64,000 bases of DNA from an uncultured candidate division Zixibacteria bacterium (GCA_963735035.1 CAVTJJ010000003.1:576001-640000); one strand, 5' to 3'; shown: positions 8,506 to 19,543, counted from the stretch's first letter. Numbers and translations: made by a program. Notes: generated by a model not told the origin, from the sequence alone.

Positions 8506-9852
8506 TCATACTGCTCCCACCCGAGGTGACGGCGAAAACACCGGCGAACTTCTTAACGGCCACAGGGCCAGACCCAGCGCCATGAGGGCATCGCATTCGT
8601 TGTTGTCGTCCCATCGCGCGGCCCGAAGTTCTGATTCAAGCGACCACGACCTTCCCGGACCATCCGGCAATTCCCAGCGATCATAGATGATCGTCTTCCG
8701 CGCGTGCCACAGCTCGACGTTGGTCAGAAGCTCGGCTTTGGACGCCGCCGTGAATATGACCGCTTCGGGGCGGTAGTCGCGCAACTGCTCAACCACAACA
8801 TCCCCCAAACCGGTGGCATCGATCACCAGCCGCCCCGGATAGAGCTGCTGGCGCTGCCTTATCTTTTCGAGCACCACCACCCAGTCAAATTGCTTGAAGC
8901 GTTCGAGCGCCACTATGCGGGCGCGGCCGTCCTTCACTTCGACAGTAATACCCACGGTCGCGGTCTTCTTCCGCGCGAGGTCCCAGCCGGAAATGTAGCG
9001 GCAACTCTTCGGATCGACAATTGCCGACTCTTGTCGACCGGCATCCAGCGCAGCATCGACATACTCGCCTTTGAGTATTTCGCCTCCGGAATCCACGAAC
9101 TGCCCCATAATGTTCTGCTTCAGCCGGCTCTCGGAGAAGTACTTCACCCGCTCATCGAGAAAGTCTCGTGAGACATTCGGATTGTCACGACTGTCGCCGG
9201 ACTGAAAGTATCCGGGACGATTGCCTTCACTGATCTCGCGGGCGCGGCGATAGAACCAATTCTTGCCGTTCGGGGTCGAGACCAGATCGAGCCGCCCTTC
9301 ACGGTCGGCCAGCCGCATCAGGATGACTTCCTCGACCACATACTCCGGCGATGTTTCAAACGCAACTTCATCGAAAATGAACAGGTCGTAGTCGTTCCCA
9401 AGCAGATACTCGCCGCGATTCTGAGTCGTGCGGGCTTCTATGGTCGCGCCGTTGCCGAATGTAAGACAGGGAAACGGCGTCCAGACCAAATCAGACATCA
9501 GCGACGACACCAGCGGCGACTGGCGCAGCAGTCGCAGCACTTGACTGAACACCAAGTTAGCCTGTGGTTGGGTTATCGACGCCACCACCGCGCGATACCG
9601 CTGCGTATCATCGAACTTGAGAGGCCGCACGCGGTAGATAGCGCCATGAATGAGCTTCACCGCCGATACGAACGACTTCCCCCACCGGTTGCCGGTAACC
9701 AGAACATTCTCGCTCCGGGTCGATCCGTTTAGCCAGGCCTGTTGCCCCGGATGCAATTCGACTTCGAGAAAATGCCGCGCGAAGAATGTCGGGTCTTCCA
9801 GCCCGCGCCGCCAATCGTCGTAAGTCGGCGATGGGATTACAGCAGGGTCCAA
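8506..9852 (-). CDS. Phage terminase large subunit
   Basis: Walker A GNRWGKS, Walker B FIFDE, STPNG coupling motif, RNase H nuclease GWDLA..IDATG..DALMA. Confidence 0.92.
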   Translation of the reverse strand: MDPAVIPSPTYDDWRRGLEDPTFFARHFLEVELHPGQQAWLNGSTRSENVLVTGNRWGKSFVSAVKLIHGAIYRVRPLKFDDTQRYRAVVASITQPQANLVFSQVLRLLRQSPLVSSLMSDLVWTPFPCLTFGNGATIEARTTQNRGEYLLGNDYDLFIFDEVAFETSPEYVVEEVILMRLADREGRLDLVSTPNGKNWFYRRAREISEGNRPGYFQSGDSRDNPNVSRDFLDERVKYFSESRLKQNIMGQFVDSGGEILKGEYVDAALDAGRQESAIVDPKSCRYISGWDLARKKTATVGITVEVKDGRARIVALERFKQFDWVVVLEKIRQRQQLYPGRLVIDATGLGDVVVEQLRDYRPEAVIFTAASKAELLTNVELWHARKTIIYDRWELPDGPGRSWSLESELRAARWDDNNECDALMALGLALWPLRSSPVFSPSPRVGAV

Positions 9853-11106
9853 ATCTTTTCGCGCGCCTGTTCCTTGTCGATCAACCCGGCCTGATAGAGT
9901 TTCAGGACATTGTCCACCCGGCCGCTTTCCATTGCGAGATTATCCTTCGCCTGATACGCGAAAGCATTGTCGAACTCATACCGACAGCGGACGTTTATTC
10001 CCGCCAAAGCCAGGTCAATCCCGGCGATCCATTCGAGAAAACGAGCCACCTCGGCCTGCACCGAGCGGACCTGCCGCATGACCACATCGAATTTGAACCC
10101 CGACCAGGTCGTGGTCGCACCGTAGGAGTATCCGAGTAGATATGGGGCCAGATGCGTCCCGGCGCAAATCTCCTCGATCATCGACCGATGGCTCATGAAC
10201 CAACTGCTGGTCACATCGCGCGATTTCTCAGGCGCGACATGGCCGATCTCAACATTGTCCCAGGTGACCGGGTTGTCGTCGATCTCAAGTGTCTTGATCA
10301 TTCGCACGGTGGCGTCGAAATACCCGTTGATACGATCGGTGTAGGCACTGTCCGACTCACCCCCCATCCGCTCCGGCGGGGTGATCTTCACGTGCAGCCG
10401 ATGAAACCCGGAATTGTGGCTGGATCGGCGCATGTCGTCCACCAGTTGTTGCTCTACGTAAGACACGAACGGAATGGCTTGCAGAATCGACCGTCCAAAC
10501 GGCTGCGCGATTCCACCGTTGAACGGGACGTAGTAGAAATCGGGACGGTCCAGCGCTATCGTAGTGTGATCCAGTTCCAGCATCAGCCGTCTTTGGCCTG
10601 TGTCTTGATCCGCGCGAAGATTGATCGGATCGACCGGGATAAACTGATCGACCCCTTCGTCCCCATGCACGGTCAGGAATCCCGCGAAGATCCCGTCACG
10701 ATATAGCGACATGAACAGGTCCGGCAACAGACTGTCCAGGCCGATCCGATTCCCCGACGGATTCGTGTACATACGGCGTACTAATTGATCGAGTCGTTCC
10801 TGCGCTTTGGCGGAAGTACGGCCGTCATCGTTGTCCATAACCTTGAATCGCCCCGGCGCGGCCGACAATCGCACCCAGGTCCAGATGCAGGCATTGATGA
10901 CCGGAATCTGGTCGGTGAGGAAATCGATAGAGTAGTTTGCGCCAGCGTCCTGATTCGATGTCCTGATAACTCCATCGCAACACTGCTTCCATCTTGTCGG
11001 CGGTGGCAAATTTGTTTCGTTCCATCGGCTTGATCAGTGTGGCGTCACGAAGTTGATTCGCCGACAAACCTGTTCCGTTTGACGGCGCGTGCCCGATTTC
11101 ATGCAT
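9837..11106 (-). CDS. Phage portal protein (probable frameshift near 10950-11010)
   Basis: ORF 9837..11009 has portal-like layout (IPVINACI, PFGRSIL, EEICAG..APYLLG); AGGGAG RBS plus ATG at 11106 lies in another frame. Confidence 0.75.
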
Positions 11107-11219
11107 AGCATTTCTCCCTTTTGGTGAAACTCGGGGGCAACGGATCACCTTTGATGATCGTGTGAATTTGCGACCAACACGTTGCGAATCCCGCTGCGAC
11201 TGGCCCACTTCGACCACTC

Positions 11220-11960
11220 TACATGTGCCCGTCCCGCCGCGGCGGATCCACATCTGCCAGCTCGTACTACTACTGTCCCATGTCTGTCTTGCCCCGGTTT
11301 AGGCGGGCATCAAAGGGTGTCAATTCCCTCTTTAATCGGCAGGGTTCCAACCCTGCCGTGCGCATTCCGGCAGGCACAGAGGCCTGCCGATTAAAGTAAA
11401 CACTCTCTTGCCCCGCTTCAGGCAGGGCACCCAGGGGTTGTTTGATCGGTAGCCAGTAGGTCAGGAGCCCTTAGGCTCCTGACAATCGACATTCATGCTT
11501 TGCGCGAATCTCAATTGTAGGTCAGGCCTACTCGGGGCCTGACGTTTTGACTATCCGGCAGATGTGGGCATCTGCCGGGCACGGTTGCGCGAATGTCAGG
11601 CGTCAAGTCCGCCTGACCTACCGGTCTGTAAAATTTCGGTACCCCACCCAACGTGCCTGTTGAACCCCCCCCCGAACGTTGTTGCGTCAGGTCTTGCGCC
11701 GCCACAGGCGGCGTGTGACCTGACGCGTTGCAGCGACTTAGGGAATCACTATCGTGCGTCGAATGATACGAATTGAGGCAAGACAGGCTTTTTTAACAGG
11801 CCCCAACGGGTGGGATTATTAGTTGTCGAGATCGATCTCCTTCGCGAAGACCCACCTGTTAGGTGGGGTACAAGTTGTAGGTCAGGCCTACTCGGCGGCC
11901 TCACATCTTCACCGTAATCCAACCCGAATGTCAGGCGTCAAGTACGCCTGATCGGGAGCC
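11220..11960. repeat. Mosaic of REP-like palindromes
   Basis: GTAGGTCAGG..CCTGAC x3, TGTCAGGCG..CGCCTGA x2, GGCAGATGTGGGCATCTGCC, GCGTCAGGTC..GACCTGACGC, GGCAGGG..CCCTGCC; several recur elsewhere in window. Confidence 0.8.
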
Positions 11961-12093
11961 AGTAAAGGCCCAATAACCCCCCTCCTCGCCTCACCGGAAT
12001 CCGGTTGCCATCGCCGCCCTTCGTCGTTATCTTCCCCATCGTGTGGTTATCGGGGCGGCGGTATGACTCATAAACCGCGCCTCAAACGATTAA

Positions 12094-13326
12094 ATGAGTG
12101 GTTGGGCAATGGAACCCGAGTGTAGCAGCAACAATCTGATCTATCTGGACAACGCGGCCACCTCCTGGCCGAAACCGGACAAAGTCTATCAGTTTATGAT
12201 AGACTTTTATCGTTCCTGCGGGGTAAATCCGGGACGGAGTGGTTTTGACAAGGCGATCGAGGCCGGCAACATTCTCGAAAATCTGCGCAAGAAACTTACC
12301 CGGTTTTTCGGCGGCGACGAGGCCCATCCGGAACGCCTCTGTTTCGGCTACAACGCCACCGACGCGCTTAACCTTCTGATTATGGGGATGCTCAGTCCCG
12401 GCGACCACGTCATCACGACCAATGTCGAGCACAACTCGGTCATCCGTCCGATCCGCCACCTGATGCGCGACAATGGCGTCGAAGCGACTTTCGTTCGCTT
12501 TGATGACAACGGGTTTGTCGATCCCGACGATATCAAGAAAGCGATCCGCAAGAACACTAAGCTGGTCGTGGTCAACCACGGCTCGAACGTGCTCGGAACG
12601 GTTCAGCCGGTGGCGCAGATCGGCGCTATCTGTCACGCTACCGATATCAGGTTTATCATAGACACGTCGCAGACCGCCGGTATGGTGCCGATCAACATGA
12701 AGGCGATGCAGGTCGACGCGCTCGCGTTCACCGGCCACAAGTCGCTCATGGGCTCGACCGGTATCGGCGGCATCTGTGTGGGCGACGGGGTCGAGATCAA
12801 ACACACTCGCGCCGGCGGCACCGGGGTGCGTTCGGCGTATCCGTATCATCTTGATGAATATCCGTACCGGATGGAATACGGCACGCCCAACATGGTCGGG
12901 GTGGCGTCGCTCTGGGCGGGGCAGGAATGGATCGACGAACAGGGCGGGGTGGATGCGATTCATGCTTACGAGATGAAGCTCGCGAAGAAGCTGGTGGACG
13001 GGTTCAAAAAGATCGACGGCGTCACGGTGTACTGCTGCGACTCGCTCGAGAATCATCTGTCGACGGTGACGATGAATGTCGACGGATTCGAGGCGGGGAA
13101 TGTCGGCACGATGCTGGATGTCGATTTCGATATCGCCACGCGGACAGGCTTGCACTGTGCGCCGCTCGTGCATGAACAACTCGGTTTGGTGGAGATACAC
13201 GGCGGGGTGCGGTTCGCGATTGGACCGTTCAACACCGAAGCGCATATCGACAAGGCGATTGCAGCGATTGCCGAGATCGCGAAGCGGGCGCAGAAGATCC
13301 GCAAGCCGGCCCTGCAGGGGAAGTAA
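12094..13326 (+). CDS. Aminotransferase class V / cysteine desulfurase family protein
   Basis: IYLDNAATS, EHNSV, DTSQTAG, FTGHKSL (PLP Lys), RTGLHCAP. Confidence 0.92.
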   Translation: MSGWAMEPECSSNNLIYLDNAATSWPKPDKVYQFMIDFYRSCGVNPGRSGFDKAIEAGNILENLRKKLTRFFGGDEAHPERLCFGYNATDALNLLIMGMLSPGDHVITTNVEHNSVIRPIRHLMRDNGVEATFVRFDDNGFVDPDDIKKAIRKNTKLVVVNHGSNVLGTVQPVAQIGAICHATDIRFIIDTSQTAGMVPINMKAMQVDALAFTGHKSLMGSTGIGGICVGDGVEIKHTRAGGTGVRSAYPYHLDEYPYRMEYGTPNMVGVASLWAGQEWIDEQGGVDAIHAYEMKLAKKLVDGFKKIDGVTVYCCDSLENHLSTVTMNVDGFEAGNVGTMLDVDFDIATRTGLHCAPLVHEQLGLVEIHGGVRFAIGPFNTEAHIDKAIAAIAEIAKRAQKIRKPALQGK

Positions 13327-13583
13327 TCGTGGGCGGTTAGCCTGCCCCCGACTTGATCGGGGGTCCTCGTCTGCCCCTTCATGGTGCCCCAGCGCTCGCG
13401 CTGGGTCTTCTGGGTGGCCCACCATTTATGGTGGGGTCGAACAATTGATTCTTATTGACGCCGCAGCAATGCGGCGTTATTTTTTGGTATGCGAGGTCGA
13501 GGCGCGGGGTATAGCAACTGGAATACGGAAGCACTGGACGGCGCTGTTGGGTGCTCACTTGTTGACCCTTTGAGGGTTAACTG

Positions 13584-14051
13584 ATGTCACTAATCAAATG
13601 TCCGGATTGTAGTAGAAGCATCAGCGATGGTGCCATAGCTTGCCCAAACTGTGGGTGCAAACTTACTCCGGTCAATATCTCTAAAGGGAAAAAGGCCGCC
13701 GAAAGGGAGGCCATTTCCGGCATAGGTTGCCTCACAGTCATGGTGGTCTGCGCTGTCATTGTCGGCGCTATCTTATTTCTTAATCGTGGCGGGGAAAACG
13801 GACCAGACAAAATGGGAGCTTTTGTAATGAGCCAGAGCTTCGTTGAAGAACGGCTGAAAGCGCCTGCAACAGCAAATTTCTGCTCTTACGGTGATGCAAC
13901 GGTTACGGATCTGGGTGGAGGTCGATTCAAAGTATTGGCATACGTGGATGCTGAAAACAGTTTTGGAGCCAAACTCCGAAATCATTACACGTGCGTTTTG
14001 AAAAGCAGTGATGGCTCAACTTGGTCCCTTGAAAGTCTGGATATGCAGTAG
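13584..14051 (+). CDS. Zinc-ribbon single-TM protein
   Basis: CPDC..CPNCG N-terminus, TM helix, LKAPATA..VDAENSFGA..Y domain. Confidence 0.8.
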   Translation: MSLIKCPDCSRSISDGAIACPNCGCKLTPVNISKGKKAAEREAISGIGCLTVMVVCAVIVGAILFLNRGGENGPDKMGAFVMSQSFVEERLKAPATANFCSYGDATVTDLGGGRFKVLAYVDAENSFGAKLRNHYTCVLKSSDGSTWSLESLDMQ

Positions 14052-14125
14052 TTTCCTGGTGGCGCAATTTCTCTGATCAGCAACTGGCATATAAGCAGGG
14101 TTTTGAATCAGGTTAAGAGGGTTCA

Positions 14126-14746
14126 ATGGCAATAGACTTCGGCAGCCTACAGAAAGAGGACCAGCAGAGAATTGCGGCATTCCTCATGACTGCGGACAAG
14201 TTGCAGCATTCCGACTTGTTCAAAGGCAAATTTTCCTTAAGGTATATCATAAAGTACGAAGCGGAGCAGGGGACTGTCCAAGAACGAATCGATCGGCCAT
14301 CAGAAAAGGATGTACGCGATGCGATATTGGATTTGCGGAAGTTTGTGGCAAATTCGGAAAGCATCTTCTTCAAGGCGATCTGTAATCGTCTATACTTGCT
14401 CTTGGATGATCCAGTAGCCCGAGAGAACCTCGACTCTGTGAGACAAGGATTCAAGGATTCGATGGCAGGGCTGGATGGTTCTGCAACAGTGAGAATTGGC
14501 CTTAAGTCGAGCCAAGGAGCAAGACCGGAGTTCCTTAAGCCAGAGAATGTCCTTGATCTCTATCTCAACGGCGACTATTTCCACATTGATAAAGACAAAG
14601 CTACGAAGCTGGAAGTAGTGAAGGCCATGGGTCCAGTGGCGGAACTTGCTTTTCTGCAAGCGATAGGAAACATTGCATCTTGTGTATTCTACTTAGCAGC
14701 CATGATCAGAAGAGAATTTGCACTACCCATTGAACTTCAGAAGTAA
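14126..14746 (+). CDS. Hypothetical helical protein, AT-richer than flanks
   Basis: 206 aa ORF with GAGG RBS. Confidence 0.7.
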   Translation: MAIDFGSLQKEDQQRIAAFLMTADKLQHSDLFKGKFSLRYIIKYEAEQGTVQERIDRPSEKDVRDAILDLRKFVANSESIFFKAICNRLYLLLDDPVARENLDSVRQGFKDSMAGLDGSATVRIGLKSSQGARPEFLKPENVLDLYLNGDYFHIDKDKATKLEVVKAMGPVAELAFLQAIGNIASCVFYLAAMIRREFALPIELQK

Positions 14747-14909
14747 ATCAAATCCGGTAGCCGACAGCTCTGCTGTGGGAGTTTTGGCATGTGAGCGCTG
14801 TCGGGTTTCGTCGCCGTTCGCTTCGCGAACGTGTCCGTGTTTCCGAGCTCGCAGGGAACCGGGACTGTTTCGAGAATGTTTGACGAACAGACAAGCAGGA
14901 GTATACAAT

Positions 14910-15108
14910 ATGAGCCAGAAACTCTATCTCATCATGTCGGGAGTCGTCTTTCTCGTTGTAGGCGTGATCCATCTCGTCAGGCTGATCAATCACGTGCCTG
15001 TAATGGTCGGCGCCACCGAAGTACCGATGGCTACTATCGTACGTCGGTTTTCCGGCCGCCCTTGTCCTTTGTATCTGGGCGTGGAGCTCGCTCAGAGCCG
15101 GACGGTAG
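14910..15108 (+). CDS. Small two-TM membrane protein (frameshift near 15030)
   Basis: MSQKLYLIMSGVVFLVVGVIHLVRL.. continues as LLSYVGFPAALVLCIWAW..* in shifted frame; CAGGAG RBS. Confidence 0.6.
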
Positions 15109-15790
15109 CCCGAGGCTCTGCTGTGGGGTGTTGGTATTCATGTGAGCCGGCAGATGTGGGCATCTGCCGGGCACGTATAAGGTCCGTCATGCCCGGCTCG
15201 GTCGGGCATCCATGACTACTCGCGGTCGCAAGGCCCCAATCGCAACAATTTAAGCCTGCCGGTCTTGATTACCCCATAGACCCCCGACGTCTCGGGGGTG
15301 ACGGAGCTGGTGCTCCGTAATGTTCCTTTCCACCATGAATGGTGGGCCACCCGTCTACAAGAAACGGGACGTCAGTCCCGTCATCCCGACGGAAGTCGGG
15401 ACCCAGTTGTGATCGATATGTCAGCGGCGTCTTGGCTTGACCTTCCCTTCGCTATGAAAGCTCAGAACATTAGCGTCTACGCTTTTTCCAACACAACTGG
15501 GCCCCGGTTTACACCGGGGTGACGGAGCTGGTGCTCCGTAATGTCTTCGAAACAGCTACCTACAATTCTTGGATGCCCCGGTCAAGCCGGGGCAGGACAG
15601 TGTTGGGGGAGGTTCATACGAGTCGGCAGATGTGGGCATCTGCCGGGCACGGTGTACGACAGGTAGGCCGCCCGTCCGCTCACACCACACCCAGCGCGAG
15701 CGCTGGGGCACCAGGTTTCCGTACATGCCGGCAGATGTGGGCATCTGCCGGGCACGGTGAACGACTGGCGGGCCGCCCCCCCCGGTCGTT
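15103..15790. repeat. REP-like mosaic
   Basis: GGCAGATGTGGGCATCTGCCGGGCACG at 15149, 15625, 15730; GGGGTGACGGAGCTGGTGCTCCGTAATG x2. Confidence 0.85.
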
Positions 15791-15897
15791 TTAACTTCCA
15801 TTGAATCGAATACGCGCATAATCTTCGAGTACAGTGTTGACGACACAGTCTATCGAATCACAAATCGAATAATAACGCTCGACTGAAAGGATACATT

Positions 15898-16788
15898 ATG
15901 CTCTTTATCTTAGCTTCACTGATAGCGCTCATAGCGCTGTTCGTCTGGTACCGGGCCAATCATTCCGGTTCGCGCGACATCAATGCCGTGCGGTTAGTCG
16001 GCACAATCGCGATGGTAGTCGCGCTGGTATTCGGTGTGGTAGCAGTCACACAATGCTTCACACAGATCCCCGCGGGGAATGTCGGGGTCGTGGACTTTTT
16101 CGGCATCGTGTCAACCCGCACTCTGCCGGCGGGCATAAACCCGGTGAACCCGATGGCGCGTGTGATCAAGTTCTCTATTCAGACCAAGGAATTGAAAGAG
16201 ACGATGCAGGTATTATCGCGTGAAGGTTTGACAATCGGCCTGGAGATAAGCGCCCTGCATCGCCTGATTCCGGATTCGGCCGCATCGGTGTACAAGTCGG
16301 TGTTGGGAGGCGACTATGAAAGTATCCTGCTGGTGCCGCAGTTCCGTTCGATCAGTCGCGCGGTGACGGCCGGTTTCCAGGCGAGTGCGCTTTACTCGAC
16401 CGAGCGTGAACGTCTCGGCTCCGCCATTCAGGAAGAGTTGGCGAGGACGATGCTCGCGCGAGGCGTGTATATCGAAACGACTCCGTTGCGTAATGTTTCA
16501 CTCCCGACCCAACTGACTGAAGCGATTGAGCAGAAGCAGCGCGCCGATCAGGAGAGTCAGCGGATGGAGTTCATTCTCACCAAGGAGAAACAGGAAGCCG
16601 ACCGGAAACGGATCGAGGCGCAGGGTATCTCCGATTTCCAGAAGATCGTGTCATCCGGGATCAGTGATCAGCTCCTGCGGTGGAAAGGGGTCGAGGCCAC
16701 CGAGAAATTGGCCGCGTCGGCAAATACCAAAGTGGTTATCATCGGTTCCGGCAAGGACGGTCTTCCGGTGATTTTGGATACGAAGTAG
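15898..16788 (+). CDS. SPFH/prohibitin (band 7) family membrane protein
   Basis: N-terminal TMs, IPAGNVGV, AIEQKQRA..EADRKRIEAQG coiled coil. Confidence 0.92.
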   Translation: MLFILASLIALIALFVWYRANHSGSRDINAVRLVGTIAMVVALVFGVVAVTQCFTQIPAGNVGVVDFFGIVSTRTLPAGINPVNPMARVIKFSIQTKELKETMQVLSREGLTIGLEISALHRLIPDSAASVYKSVLGGDYESILLVPQFRSISRAVTAGFQASALYSTERERLGSAIQEELARTMLARGVYIETTPLRNVSLPTQLTEAIEQKQRADQESQRMEFILTKEKQEADRKRIEAQGISDFQKIVSSGISDQLLRWKGVEATEKLAASANTKVVIIGSGKDGLPVILDTK

Positions 16789-16876
16789 GCCTGCTGTGTG
16801 GTTATGACGGTGTTCGCTTTGCGAACGTATCCGAAACGGCAGCCAACAAGATTGGATTGACATAGGAGAACGTACT

Positions 16877-17278
16877 ATGTTTCGTGGGCGCATTCTTTCA
16901 TGTGGAGGAGTTCGATCTGAGCCGTACTTTGCGGCATTTGTCGTTGTCATTTGCGCACTGATGACCGGATGTCAATCCGAGCAGACTCTCCGCGGAGGCT
17001 CGAGCGCTCAGGTATCGGTGAGTCGACCGAGTGAGCTTTTTGTGCCGGAGAAAGGTTGCATACCAGATGAAGCGACGGCAATTCAAGTGGCCACGACAAT
17101 CTTGAAACCGGTCTATGGCGAAGGGATCCAATCTCAGCGCCCGTTTCGTGCTGAACTGATTGGAGACAGCGTGTGGGCCGTCGCCGGTACACTACCTCCC
17201 AGCCGCATTGGAGGTATCGCTTACATTGAGATCCGCAAGCTTGACGGTAGCGTCGTGGGAATGGGGCATAGTAAATAG
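16877..17278 (+). CDS. NTF2-fold immunity (YbbC/YhhH-like) lipoprotein
   Basis: IPDEATAIQVA..YG..QRPF.A.L..VWAVAGTLP..GG....I.K.DG.V..H.K; lipobox LMTGC. Confidence 0.75.
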   Translation: MFRGRILSCGGVRSEPYFAAFVVVICALMTGCQSEQTLRGGSSAQVSVSRPSELFVPEKGCIPDEATAIQVATTILKPVYGEGIQSQRPFRAELIGDSVWAVAGTLPPSRIGGIAYIEIRKLDGSVVGMGHSK

Positions 17279-17289
17279 CCCGGTATCCT

Positions 17290-17725
17290 GGTAGCCCATA
17301 GCCTTGCTGTGAGTGCGGTAGGAAGAAAGCCAATGTCGGGTTTCGTCGCCGTTCGCTTCGCGAACGTCTCCGAAATGCCGGCCAACAAGATTGTAAGAGA
17401 AACGGACGCGAGTATGTCATGCCCGATTCAGTCGGGCATCCATGACTACTCGCGGTCGCAAGGCCCAATTGCAACTACTAAAGCCTGTCGATCTTGATTA
17501 CCTCATAGACCCCCGACGTCTCGGGGGTGACGGAGCTGGCGCTCCGTAATATCCCCTCCCACCATGAATGGCGGGCCACCCGGCCCGGTTACAGGGCAAG
17601 GGGCAGACGAGGACGTCTGCCGCCCACACAACACCCACCCTCAAACCGGCAGATGTGGGTCCGCCGCGGCGGACCAGGCACTTTTCACGAGCGAACCAAC
17701 CCACAGCAAGCTGTGGGGTACCGGT
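17290..17725. repeat. REP-like mosaic; 17491-17658 nearly identical to 19838-20005
   Basis: Direct comparison by eye. Confidence 0.85.
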
Positions 17726-17788
17726 GTCCCCACTCTACCCCACCATAAACGGTGGACCATCCGACGTTGGTGGGCGTGTCCAATTGTC

Positions 17789-19543
17789 TCACTTCAACAG
17801 CAACATCTTCTTGGACTGGACATAATCGCCTGCCCGGAGTTTGTACAGGTAGACACCGGTCGCGACCGGCGTGCCCGAGCCGTCAGTCCCATCCCAGGTG
17901 ACGGTATATGGCCCGGTTAGTTGCTCTTGATCAACCAGCGTTCGCACTCTCCGGCCAAGCAAATCAAATATCTCAACGATCACATGACACGGTTCCGGCA
18001 AGCTGTACTGGATGGTCGTTGACGGGTTGAAAGGGTTGGGATAATTCTGAGACCAGAAAGACCACTCTGGTGATTTCGCGAAAACAGGATCCCTTTTAGA
18101 GGACCTGCGAACCATAAGGTCAGCCCGTATCCCCTCCGGTGTGACATTGATGTTTTTCACTCCGACCATAGTAGCGCCGGCAGTGTAGCTGTTAGAGGAT
18201 GGTGAACTCATGCTGTCGAAGGCCATGCGGTCGACCGATCCGGGCCAGGGGTCGCAGTCATCCCCCATGTTGTAGTGGTGTTCCAGGTCGTATCGGCCCT
18301 CCGCCTGCTCCAGCGCCACCATGAAGTGGTTTCGCCCGGGCAAGCCCGGATACCATAGCTGATCGTTGTTGTATTTGCTCCTATCAATGTGCCATATGAG
18401 TAATCCCTCACCGGGAAGAGCAGCGTCATAGCCGAAACGCCGCCGGTTCTCTAAGAGGAAGTACTCAGGTGATACGGTTCCGTAGTTCCAAAGCTTGTAG
18501 ATAAGACCGCCTTCCTCACCAATCGGTCTGATCAACTCGTCGGGTCGGTTGTCCCTGACATTCACGGCACGTGCAAGGCCGAGTTGGATCAGGCTCCAGG
18601 CGCCGGGATGGGCCGGGGAGTCGCCCATTCGGCCGTTCCAGCTGCCCAGGGCCATAATGTCCCACCGACCGACGCCATAAGAGCGAAAAGTCATATCGAT
18701 CAGATCGGGCAGCCCGAATCCATGCAGTAGTTCATGGCACGAAACACCACAAGTCATGTCTCCCGGGTCGAACCAGAATTCCGGCTGAATTGTGTAAGCA
18801 CTAACATAGACCCCCTCTCCCGTCAATCGCGGAGTGATGCCCCACTTGTGTGACCAAATGTCATGTGCATCCCCCGATACTTCGGAAGAGATTCCGGCGT
18901 GTACCACGAACAGGACGTCCACATCACCATCGCCGTCGTTGTCGTAGTTACCAAAATCAACCACTGGATCCACTGCATCAACCAGGTCCTCGACCAGCTT
19001 CTGAGAATTCTGAGGATATGGGCCAATGCCGAAGTCGTTGTCGGCGTAATATGCGTAATTTCGTGGGGCGCGAATCCAGTTCAGGGTCGAAGGCATGTTG
19101 ACCGTTACGATATCTACCCTGCCGCGCGATATCTCGCGGAAATAATCGCCAACCGTGCCTGTGCCCGGGCCGAAAACGAGGCTGTCAAAGAAAGTCGCGC
19201 GTGTCTGGGACATCTGGTCGGTAAAATCTACCAGGATAGCCAGGATGCGCAATTGCTTAACGCCCGGGATGCTAAGCTCGTTGCGACCTCCTTCACTTGT
19301 CCCAAAGCAGTCCTCCGGCGCCTCGATTCCGCGCGAAAGCAGCTCTGTCGGATTCGGCAATGGTGCCAGGACGCAATCAGTACCTTCCTGGGCGATTCGT
19401 GCTTTGAGCAAATCAGGGTGCGGTGGAATCGCTTGGGCAGCGCCGGCAATTATCATGATGGCCGCTAACGGTACACTGCTGGAGCGAATGAGGCTCTTCA
19501 ACGTAATCATCTCAGCCAGCCACGTTCTCATATTGTCTCCCAT
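17789..19543 (-). CDS. M6 family (immune inhibitor A-like) metalloprotease with C-terminal FlgD-Ig/'T9SS-like' domain
   Basis: HELLHGFGLPD, WDIMALGSW, EYFLLENR; QNYPNPFNPSTTI..GVYLYKL..KKMLLLK tail. Confidence 0.92.
   Translation of the reverse strand: MGDNMRTWLAEMITLKSLIRSSSVPLAAIMIIAGAAQAIPPHPDLLKARIAQEGTDCVLAPLPNPTELLSRGIEAPEDCFGTSEGGRNELSIPGVKQLRILAILVDFTDQMSQTRATFFDSLVFGPGTGTVGDYFREISRGRVDIVTVNMPSTLNWIRAPRNYAYYADNDFGIGPYPQNSQKLVEDLVDAVDPVVDFGNYDNDGDGDVDVLFVVHAGISSEVSGDAHDIWSHKWGITPRLTGEGVYVSAYTIQPEFWFDPGDMTCGVSCHELLHGFGLPDLIDMTFRSYGVGRWDIMALGSWNGRMGDSPAHPGAWSLIQLGLARAVNVRDNRPDELIRPIGEEGGLIYKLWNYGTVSPEYFLLENRRRFGYDAALPGEGLLIWHIDRSKYNNDQLWYPGLPGRNHFMVALEQAEGRYDLEHHYNMGDDCDPWPGSVDRMAFDSMSSPSSNSYTAGATMVGVKNINVTPEGIRADLMVRRSSKRDPVFAKSPEWSFWSQNYPNPFNPSTTIQYSLPEPCHVIVEIFDLLGRRVRTLVDQEQLTGPYTVTWDGTDGSGTPVATGVYLYKLRAGDYVQSKKMLLLK

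Noticed and set aside
12082..13425. Long antisense ORFs (e.g. 447 aa opposite the desulfurase, 63037..63702, 60494..60985)
   Set aside because: Shadows of GC-rich codon usage on the real strand; no motifs.
13330..17300. Classical integron with attC sites
   Set aside because: No tyrosine integrase and no convincing RYYYAAC..GTTRRRY boxes found by eye.
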